From an uncultured Planctomycetales bacterium (GTDB lineage Bacteria; Omnitrophota; Gorgyraeia; Gygaellales; Profunditerraquicolaceae), in NCBI GenBank assembly GCA_964487475.1, contig CAZAPM010000002.1, forward strand, positions 62,001-126,000: a stretch of 64,000 bases of DNA. Reading direction: 5' to 3'. A model generated the notes under the pieces. That model was not told where the DNA came from. It searched no databases and was given only the letters and a program-made list of their open reading frames with translations. Below, one piece after another: positions 34,609-42,106 of this stretch (its first letter is position 1; the number at the start of each line of letters is the position of its first letter). Position numbers and translations under genes: made by a program.

Positions 34609-35226
34609 ATGGCGAAGATCAAGCTGACCAAGGGGGAATTGAAGCGCCAGCGCGACGCATTGCGGCAGTTCGAGCGCTACCTGCCCACCCTGCAGCTTAA
34701 AAAGCAGCAGTTGCAGCTGGAGATCCTCCAGCAGCTTTCCCTGCTCGATCAGCGCCAGGCGGCGTACGAAGCCCAGGAGAAGCGGCTCAAGCCCTGGCTG
34801 GGGCTGTTGTCGGAGCAGCCGAGGGAAATGGCCGCATGGCTTCGGCCGGTTTCGGTCGAGACGTCCTTCAAGAATATCGCCGGAGTGGATATCCCCGTGT
34901 TCGGGAACGCGGTATTCGCGCCCGTCGAGTACGACCTTTTCGCGACCCCTTTATGGGTCGACGGCGCGATCGAGATGCTGCGGCAGAGAGCGTCTTTGCG
35001 CGAAGAGCTGGGGGTTATCCGGCAGGGGGTGGATATCCTGCGCCGGGAGCTGCGCACGACGGCCCAGAGAGTGAATCTTTTTGAAAAAGTGAAGATCCCC
35101 GAGACCAAGGAATCGATCCGCCTCATCAAGATCTTTATCGGCGACCAGATGGCGAATGCCGTGGGCCGCAGCAAGATCGCCAAGGCCAAGATCCAGGCAT
35201 ATGCGCAGGAGGAGGCCGCGGTATGA
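34609..35226 (+). CDS. atpD: V/A-type ATPase subunit D
   Basis: YLPTLQLKKQQL, QRVNLFEKVKIP. Confidence 0.93.
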   Translation: MAKIKLTKGELKRQRDALRQFERYLPTLQLKKQQLQLEILQQLSLLDQRQAAYEAQEKRLKPWLGLLSEQPREMAAWLRPVSVETSFKNIAGVDIPVFGNAVFAPVEYDLFATPLWVDGAIEMLRQRASLREELGVIRQGVDILRRELRTTAQRVNLFEKVKIPETKESIRLIKIFIGDQMANAVGRSKIAKAKIQAYAQEEAAV

Positions 35227-37001
35227 TCGTGCCGATGAAAAAACTCTTCCTGATCATGCCGGCACAGGGTGCGGCGGATGCCATGCGGCAGGTGCAGGGG
35301 CTGGGAGTGCTCCATGTGGAGCATATGCAGCCGCCGCAGGAGAAAAGTTTGGCTTTGCTGCGCGAAGAGCTGGCGCTGGCAGAAGCGGCACTGGACGTGC
35401 TTCGGCAGTACGAGCCGGAACACGCGAGCTCCGCGGCCGTGCCCGCGGTGCACGCGCCTCCCGAAGAGTGGAGGACGCAGGCGCATCATTTGATCGACCT
35501 GCATAAGCGGCGCGAACAGCTGCTGGCGTACGAGCGGCAGATGGATGCCCTGTTGCAGCAGTGGCAGCCGTGGGGGGATTTCTCTCCGGAGGCGGTCAAA
35601 GAGCTCTCCGGCCAGGGGGTCTACGTCCGGCTTTATCAGATCCCGCAGGCGCAACGAGGGCAGGTCCCGCCGGAGCTGCTGGTGCGGGAGGTGTTTGTTT
35701 CCGCAGGGCTGGTGCACGCGGTGATCGTCGGCCTGGCGCCTTTCGAACTGCCTTTCCGGGAAGTGGCGCTTCCGAAAACGGGCCTGGCCCGTATGCGGGA
35801 AAAGCGCGCGGAGGATGCCCGGCTCATTGCCTGGATCACCGGAGAATTGAACAGATCATATTCCGAGCGCGCGGGATTCCAGGCCGCCCGGGAGAGTCTC
35901 TCGAAACAGATCGAGTTTGCCGAGGCGCTGGGAGGCATGGAACAGCAGGGCGCATTGGCGTATGTGCGCGGGTATGTGCCGGCGGATACGGTAGCCCGTA
36001 TCCAGGCCGAAGCGCGCGCACAGGGGTGGGGGATATTGGCGCAGGACCCGGGCGAGGAGGATAGCGTGCCCGTGCTTCTGAAAAATCCCCGCTGGGTGAC
36101 GCTGATCGCGCCGCTCTTCAAATTGCTGGAAGTGGTCCCGGGATACCGGGAGCTCGACGTGAGCCTGCCGTTCCTGGTTTTTTTCAGCATCTTTTTCGGG
36201 ATCATCATCGGGGACGCCGGCTATGGCCTGGTGTATCTGCTGTTGACGTGGTGGGTGCACAAGAAAAAGGGGTCCCGGGCCGCGGACAGGACCCCGTTCC
36301 ATCTGTTTTATGTGCTCAGCACAAGCGCGGTGGTGTGGGGAGCCCTGACCGGTACGTTCTTCGGCCAGTCCTGGGTGGCGAAACTCGGGTTCCACGGGCT
36401 GGTGCCGGCGTTGAACGATCCCAAAGTGATGCAGACCTTCTGTTTCTTTATCGGCGCGCTCCACCTTTCCATCGCCCACGGCTGGCGGGCGGTGCTGAAG
36501 GCTCCGGCGTTGCAGGCGTTGGCGGAAGTAGGATGGATCTGCGTGCTTTGGAGCGTTTTTTTCTTTGCCCGCATGCTGATCTTGAGCGATCCTCTGCCCG
36601 GATTTGCGGTACCGCTGCTTTACGCAGGTATGGCGCTGGTGGTTTTATTCACCAGCCCCCAGAAGAACGTGCTCAAGGGTATTGGCGCCGGTTTGGGAAC
36701 TCTCGCGCTTTCCCTGATGAACAATTTCACGGATGTGGTCTCCTATGTGCGCCTCTTTGCGGTAGGGATGGCGGGGCTGGCGATCGCCGAGACCGGTAAT
36801 ACGATGGCCGCGGGCTTAGGGGCCGGCTGGGCTGCGGTGGTGTTCGGCTCCCTGATCATCGTCATCGGACATGCGTTGAATATCGTGCTCGGCCCGATCT
36901 CGGTGCTGGTGCACGGGGTCAGGCTCAACGTGCTGGAGTTTTCCGGACATGCGAGCGTTTCCTGGAGCGGGAGCGCGTACCGTCCGCTCAAGAAGACCTG
37001 A
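35223..37001 (+). CDS. atpI: V/A-type ATPase subunit I (a)
   Basis: PVLLKNP, GDAGYG, DVVSYVRLFA (essential Arg), VHGVRLN.LEF. Confidence 0.95.
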   Translation: MIVPMKKLFLIMPAQGAADAMRQVQGLGVLHVEHMQPPQEKSLALLREELALAEAALDVLRQYEPEHASSAAVPAVHAPPEEWRTQAHHLIDLHKRREQLLAYERQMDALLQQWQPWGDFSPEAVKELSGQGVYVRLYQIPQAQRGQVPPELLVREVFVSAGLVHAVIVGLAPFELPFREVALPKTGLARMREKRAEDARLIAWITGELNRSYSERAGFQAARESLSKQIEFAEALGGMEQQGALAYVRGYVPADTVARIQAEARAQGWGILAQDPGEEDSVPVLLKNPRWVTLIAPLFKLLEVVPGYRELDVSLPFLVFFSIFFGIIIGDAGYGLVYLLLTWWVHKKKGSRAADRTPFHLFYVLSTSAVVWGALTGTFFGQSWVAKLGFHGLVPALNDPKVMQTFCFFIGALHLSIAHGWRAVLKAPALQALAEVGWICVLWSVFFFARMLILSDPLPGFAVPLLYAGMALVVLFTSPQKNVLKGIGAGLGTLALSLMNNFTDVVSYVRLFAVGMAGLAIAETGNTMAAGLGAGWAAVVFGSLIIVIGHALNIVLGPISVLVHGVRLNVLEFSGHASVSWSGSAYRPLKKT

Positions 37002-37023
37002 TTTCCAACAAACGGAGGAAGGT

Positions 37024-37473
37024 ATGGATGGCAGTGTGTTGGTGCAGTTCAAGGATCTGGGGTTAGGGATGGTCCTGGCGCTTGCGGCGCTGGGATCGGG
37101 CACGGGTGCCGGTATCGCCGGGATGAGCGCGATAGGCGCCTGGAAGAAGAACTACTTGCAAAACAAGCCGGCATCGTTTATGCTTGTGGCACTGGTGGCG
37201 GCTCCTCTGACCCAGACCATCTACGGGATGATCGTGATGAACCGTATGGCGGAGCTGGCGGCCAAGGGGCAGTACCTCTGGGGTATCGGGCTTTTTGCCG
37301 GCGCGGCGATCGGGCTTTCCGCGTATTGGCAGGGCAAGTGCGCGGCAGTCGCGTGCGACGCCATGGGAGAGACGAATAAGGGTTTCGGAAATTACCTGGT
37401 GGTATTGGGCATGTGCGAGACCGTGGCCCTTTTCGTGATGGCATTCATCCTGGGAGTGCTGGGGAAGTTATAA
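37024..37473 (+). CDS. atpK: V/A-type ATPase subunit K (c), 4-TM proteolipid
   Basis: GAWKK, APLTQTIYG, WQGK, LGMCETVALF; RBS GGAGGAAGG before ATG 37024. Confidence 0.93.
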   Translation: MDGSVLVQFKDLGLGMVLALAALGSGTGAGIAGMSAIGAWKKNYLQNKPASFMLVALVAAPLTQTIYGMIVMNRMAELAAKGQYLWGIGLFAGAAIGLSAYWQGKCAAVACDAMGETNKGFGNYLVVLGMCETVALFVMAFILGVLGKL

Positions 37474-37590
37474 GAAGTTGTCCCGGCGGGTAAGTACCGG
37501 CCCTCGCTCATATGCAGCACCGAAATTTCAAAAAGCAAAATTTCGGCGCATTCGCGAGGACTTCACTAAATAAAAACGTTTTTGTGTTCA

Positions 37591-37664
37591 GGGCGCTTAG
37601 CTCAGTTGGTTAGAGCAGCTGACTTACATTCAGCAGGTCGGGGGTCCGAGTCCCTCAGCGCCCA
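37591..37664 (+). tRNA. tRNA-Val (TAC)
   Basis: Acceptor GGGCGCT/AGCGCCC, anticodon arm GCTGA-CTTACAT-TCAGC; T loop reads TCCGAGT. Confidence 0.92.
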
Positions 37665-37682
37665 TTTACTCAAGGAGGGAGT

Positions 37683-38132
37683 ATGAATAAGGCGGTGTGG
37701 CTGGCATGCGGGATGGTGTTGTTGGCGGCAGGCGGGTTGATGGCGCAGGAAGCAATATCTCCGGCGGATGTTTCGGCGGAAGTTGACAGTGCGGCCCCTT
37801 TGGCCGCAGCGGTTTCCTGGCTGCAGGTTCTGGATCGGGGGGAGTATGCGCAGTCGTGGGACGCCACGAGCGATTATTTCCGTTCCCTGGTCTCCAGAGA
37901 ATCCTGGGCCGCACAGGTGGGGCCGCTGCGTAGAGGGATGGGAGGGCTGGTTTCCCGTAAGCCCAAAGACGCGCCTGTTTTTTCGAAATCTTTGCCCGGC
38001 GCTCCTGATGGAGAGTATGTGGTGGTGGCCTTTTCCGCTACTTTTACGAACAAGGAAACGGCGATGGAAACGGTGACGCTGATGAAGGAAACCGATGGCC
38101 AGTGGCGCGTCGCCGGATATTTCATCCTTTAA
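37683..38132 (+). CDS. DUF4019-like exported protein
   Basis: Signal peptide; WL..LD.G.Y..SW, LPGAPDGEY, ETVT...WRVAGYFI. Confidence 0.85.
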   Translation: MNKAVWLACGMVLLAAGGLMAQEAISPADVSAEVDSAAPLAAAVSWLQVLDRGEYAQSWDATSDYFRSLVSRESWAAQVGPLRRGMGGLVSRKPKDAPVFSKSLPGAPDGEYVVVAFSATFTNKETAMETVTLMKETDGQWRVAGYFIL

Positions 38133-38144
38133 TCAAAAAAACAG

Positions 38145-38173
38145 TTGCATCCCGCAGGGTTTTAGTTTACAAT
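38145..38173 (+). promoter_or_regulatory. sigma70 promoter of tRNA-Asp
   Basis: TTGCAT-17 bp-TACAAT, 14 nt before the tRNA. Confidence 0.7.
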
Positions 38174-38187
38174 TAGTTCCCTGCGTT

Positions 38188-38266
38188 GGGGTCGTGGTGT
38201 AGCCCGGTCTAACACGTCGCCCTGTCACGGCGAAGAGCGCGAGTTCAAATCTCGTCGACCCCGCCA
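38188..38266 (+). tRNA. tRNA-Asp (GTC)
   Basis: Acceptor GGGGTCG/CGACCCC, anticodon arm TCGCC-CTGTCAC-GGCGA, TTCAAAT T loop, CCA encoded. Confidence 0.95.
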
Positions 38267-38287
38267 TTTTAGTGCTATAATGGCGTT

Positions 38288-39973
38288 ATGGATGTAAAAA
38301 AACCCTCCTTTTGTATCGTCCTCTCCTGTGTGTGGGTGCTTCTTACCCTCCTGGCTTCCCCCTGGGGAGAATTCCCCATGATCGATGACTGGGCTTTTGC
38401 GCATCCGCTGCACTCTTTGTTTACCCAGGGAAAGTTCGATTTCATGGATTGGCAGGATATGACGCTGGTCGCCCAGCTGGCGTGGGGATGGCTCTTCTGC
38501 CTGCCTTTCGGATTTTCTTATAATGCGTTGAAGCTTTCGACCCTGGTGTTGGGATTGATCGGGGTGCTGGCTTCCTACACATTATTGCGTGAAGCGGGGG
38601 TCAGCCGGAAGCGTTCTTTTCTGGCTGCGCTGCTGGTCGCGGCAAACCCGCTTTACCTCCTGCTCTCGAATACCTTTATGACCGACGTGCCGTGTGCCGC
38701 GCTTTCGGTCGTCTCCTTCCTTTATTTTGCGCGCGTCCTGCGCAGCGGTGGCCGCAGGAACCTTCTGCTGGCCATCGGTTTCTCCTGTCTCGCCGTATTG
38801 ATACGCCAGATCGCCGCGGTGGTTCCCATCGCGTTCGTTATCGCCTATGCCGCCAGGTACGGGATACGCCGGAATACGGCGGGGACCATTCTTTATCCCT
38901 TCGCAGCGCTTTTCGCATTGGTAGCTATATACCAGTACTGGGTGCATCCGGTGTTCGGGATGCCTCCGTTTTTCAGCCCCAAGATGGGGCAGGCGGCGGC
39001 GTTCATGCAAAGGCCGTTTCCCTTGATCGTCGATAAGGCGTACCTGGTGGGATTGAAAATTTTTGTCTATCTGGGGGTGTTCCTGTTCCCGCTCCTGTCC
39101 CAGGTGTTTCTTCATCAGCTGAAAGCATTGACGGGGGCCAGGAGGGTTTATTTCCTGGTGCTGATCCTGGGGGTATTCGTGTTGCTGTTTCAGGGGATCG
39201 TGCCCAGGCACATCATGGTCCCGGAGCAGGGGAATCTCCTCCGTCACTATGGATTCGATGCCGTGTCCATCTTCGGCACCTCGCAGCTGGTCAGCGTTAC
39301 CGCCGCGCCCCGTCTGTTGCTTGTTGCGATCGCATTGCTGGGATGCGCCGGAGGCGCGATCCTTTTCGCCGGTTTGTTTCATGCCGCATACCGGTTTATC
39401 TTCCGCCGCCGAAAGCAACAGGGAGACTGCGGGCAGGAGTGGACCGCATTTTTCGCATTCCTTACCGCGCTGATATACTGTGCTCCTCTGGTCGGGGTGC
39501 ATTTCTGGGACCGTTATTTGATATTCCTGCTTCCTTTTCCGGCGCTGCTCTTATCCAAGGGGGATGACCGGGCAAAAGAGGAGGCGCCGCGAGGCAAAGG
39601 GATTTCCGTCGCGTTTGTCTGCGCCGCCGTGTTGTGCCTGATCACCGCCGGATTGACCCGGGACTATTTCTCCTGGAACAAGGCGCGCTGGAAGGCGTTG
39701 CGCTATCTGACCCGGGAGCAGGGGATCGCGCCGCGTGCCATTGACGGCGGATTTGAGTTCAACGGGGCGTATAATTATAATCCGCGGTTTAAGGAGTGCG
39801 AGCGGGACCCGGTTTTCTGGATGATGGATGATCCGGAGTACCTGGTCTCTTTCGGTTCGAAAAGGGGGTTTGAGCAGGTCAAAGCGTATCCATACCTGCG
39901 CGTATTCCCTCCCAGAAAGGATTCGATCTTTATCCTGCGCCGGCTTCATCAGCGACCAGACCCTTCCTCTTGA
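38288..39973 (+). CDS. GT-C fold (ArnT/PMT-like) integral membrane glycosyltransferase
   Basis: DDW acidic motif after TM1, FMTDVP, LIRQ, RY motif, about 12 TM segments. Confidence 0.8.
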   Translation: MDVKKPSFCIVLSCVWVLLTLLASPWGEFPMIDDWAFAHPLHSLFTQGKFDFMDWQDMTLVAQLAWGWLFCLPFGFSYNALKLSTLVLGLIGVLASYTLLREAGVSRKRSFLAALLVAANPLYLLLSNTFMTDVPCAALSVVSFLYFARVLRSGGRRNLLLAIGFSCLAVLIRQIAAVVPIAFVIAYAARYGIRRNTAGTILYPFAALFALVAIYQYWVHPVFGMPPFFSPKMGQAAAFMQRPFPLIVDKAYLVGLKIFVYLGVFLFPLLSQVFLHQLKALTGARRVYFLVLILGVFVLLFQGIVPRHIMVPEQGNLLRHYGFDAVSIFGTSQLVSVTAAPRLLLVAIALLGCAGGAILFAGLFHAAYRFIFRRRKQQGDCGQEWTAFFAFLTALIYCAPLVGVHFWDRYLIFLLPFPALLLSKGDDRAKEEAPRGKGISVAFVCAAVLCLITAGLTRDYFSWNKARWKALRYLTREQGIAPRAIDGGFEFNGAYNYNPRFKECERDPVFWMMDDPEYLVSFGSKRGFEQVKAYPYLRVFPPRKDSIFILRRLHQRPDPSS

Positions 39974-40085
39974 TATTTGTGCACCCCCGGTTTATAATAT
40001 TTACCTATATGCACGCATAAGGTTTGAGTTTTGATCGGATGTAAAGTCCTTGTGGTTTTTGAGGATACGGGGGAATAGAGAACGC

Positions 40086-41333
40086 ATGCGCATCGTTATT
40101 CTTGGAGCGGGGTTGTCCGGGTTGACCGTTGCATGGAACCTTTCCCGTATCGGCAGGAAAAGCGAAGTGTTCGAAAAGGAACGGGAGGTGGGGGGGCTCT
40201 GCCGTTCTCACTCCGTGAGCGGGTTCACTTTTGACTGCAGCGGTCATGTGCTGCATTTTCGCGACCCGCAGATGTGCCAGCTTGTGCAGCGCCTGATGGG
40301 GGGGAGACTGCGGGCGTTCGCCCGCAGCGCGTGGATCCGCGCATGTGGCAGGTACATTCCCTACCCTTTTCAATCCCACCTGAATGCATTGCCTCCGCGT
40401 ATCATGCGGGAATGTCTCGACGGGCTCGAGAAAACGGCGCCGCGCGAAGGAGGGGCCGCGGATTTCCATGATTGGATCATGCGCACCTTCGGCAGGGGGG
40501 TGGCGAGGCATTTTATGGTGCCGTATAACTCGAAATTCTGGAGGGTCCATCCCCGGGCGCTTTCTTGTGATTGGATCGGCAGGTTTGTGCCCCGCCGTTC
40601 CGCTGCGGGGTACAATGCAACCCTTTGGTATCCCCGTACCGGAGGAATCCATACGCTTCCCCGGGCGATGGCTGCGGGTATGGGAAAGGTGCGTACCGGG
40701 ATGGAAGCGCAGCGGGTGAACCTGGCGAAACGAGAGGTTGTTTTCCGCTGCGGCCGTCGGGAACGGTTTGAGACGCTGGTCAATACCGTACCGCTTCCTG
40801 AGTTCATCGGACTTTGTTCCGGGGTTCCCTCGGAGATATCCGCCGCGGCCAGGGCCTTGCGGTGGAACTCCGTATACACGTATAATTTCGGATTTTCCGG
40901 AGAGGGGGCTGATCCCGGGCACTGGGTGTATTTTCCGGGACGGGAGTATGTGTTCTTCCGGGTCGGTTTTTATCACGCTATTTCCGGATCCCTGGTCCCC
41001 CGCGGCCGCCGCGCCCTTTATGTCGAGGTCTCCTATAAGCCCGGGTCTCCCAGCCCGGCGGGCCGTATCGATAAGCCGATCCTTTCCGGATTGAGGCGCG
41101 CCGGGATCGTGCGCGGCCGCGTACAAGCGGAAGCGTCGAAAGACGTGGATATCGGATATGCGTATCCGATCTATGACCGGAACTATCGGCCTGCGACGGC
41201 GCTGCTCAAAACTTTTCTGAGAAAGCACGGCATCATATCGTGCGGCAGGTACGGGGGCTGGAAGTATATGTCGATGGAAGACGTGTTGCGGGAAGGCTGT
41301 GAAGTGGCGGAGCGCATAGGAGAGATGCAATGA
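40086..41333 (+). CDS. FAD-dependent oxidoreductase, UDP-galactopyranose mutase/HemY-like
   Basis: GAGLSG Rossmann motif, GGLCRS, FDCSGH, YAYP, GRYGGWKY. Confidence 0.8.
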   Translation: MRIVILGAGLSGLTVAWNLSRIGRKSEVFEKEREVGGLCRSHSVSGFTFDCSGHVLHFRDPQMCQLVQRLMGGRLRAFARSAWIRACGRYIPYPFQSHLNALPPRIMRECLDGLEKTAPREGGAADFHDWIMRTFGRGVARHFMVPYNSKFWRVHPRALSCDWIGRFVPRRSAAGYNATLWYPRTGGIHTLPRAMAAGMGKVRTGMEAQRVNLAKREVVFRCGRRERFETLVNTVPLPEFIGLCSGVPSEISAAARALRWNSVYTYNFGFSGEGADPGHWVYFPGREYVFFRVGFYHAISGSLVPRGRRALYVEVSYKPGSPSPAGRIDKPILSGLRRAGIVRGRVQAEASKDVDIGYAYPIYDRNYRPATALLKTFLRKHGIISCGRYGGWKYMSMEDVLREGCEVAERIGEMQ

Positions 41334-42106
41334 AAGGCATGCGTATCGCGTGGGGGCAGCATCGCAGGATCCTGCACGACCTGGCGGTCAAGCAGTTGAA
41401 AGCGAAGTACGCCGGCTCGCTCCTGGGGTTCTCCTGGGCCATCCTGCATCCGCTGCTCCTTTCCGGAGCGATCGCGTTCGTGTTCGACCGCGTGCTGGCA
41501 GTGGGCGTTGCCGGTTCCGGGATCCGGGTGGTGGCGGGATTCCTGCCCTGGGCTTTTATGGCTTCGAGTGTGCAGGAATCGGTATGGTCCCTTCCGGGAC
41601 AGCGCGCCTTGCTGCGGCAGTTTGCCATGCCCCGGGCACTGCTTCCTTTGAGCACGGTCTATGCGCAGTTTTTGTTGTTTGCGGCAGGGCTGTGTGCCGT
41701 GCTCCCGGCGTTTTTGTGGCGGCTGCCCCGCGTGGTGGTTTTATTGCCTTTTCTGGTCCTTCTCTCCGCGGCATTTTTATCTTTTACGGTTGGCCTGACC
41801 CTGCTGTTTTCCATGTTGCAGGTGAGGATCCGGGATACCGCGAAGGCAGTGGAAGTGGGTCTGTCTTTTTGGCTGTGGATGACCCCGGTGTTCTACGCCG
41901 GGTCAATGGTCCCTTCCGGAATGCGCTGGATCACCTTGATCAATCCCGCGGCGCCCTATATCCGCTCCTATCAGGCGGTACTTTGCGATGGTACTCTTCC
42001 GTCGGTGCCGGTGATGGCTGCGATGCTGGGCTGGGCTGCGCTTTCCCTGGGTGCGGGGTGGCGGTATTTTTCCCGGCATGAATCGGAGCTTGCAAAACTG
42101 ACATGA
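41330..42106 (+). CDS. wzm: ABC-2 polysaccharide export permease
   Basis: KYAGSLLGFSWAILHP, RD, TPVFY, INP; six TM segments. Confidence 0.9.
   Translation: MKGMRIAWGQHRRILHDLAVKQLKAKYAGSLLGFSWAILHPLLLSGAIAFVFDRVLAVGVAGSGIRVVAGFLPWAFMASSVQESVWSLPGQRALLRQFAMPRALLPLSTVYAQFLLFAAGLCAVLPAFLWRLPRVVVLLPFLVLLSAAFLSFTVGLTLLFSMLQVRIRDTAKAVEVGLSFWLWMTPVFYAGSMVPSGMRWITLINPAAPYIRSYQAVLCDGTLPSVPVMAAMLGWAALSLGAGWRYFSRHESELAKLT

Noticed and set aside
37480..37502. CGGGTAAGTACCG resembling a 23S rRNA loop
   Set aside because: The match is too short and has no surrounding rRNA-like sequence; likely chance.
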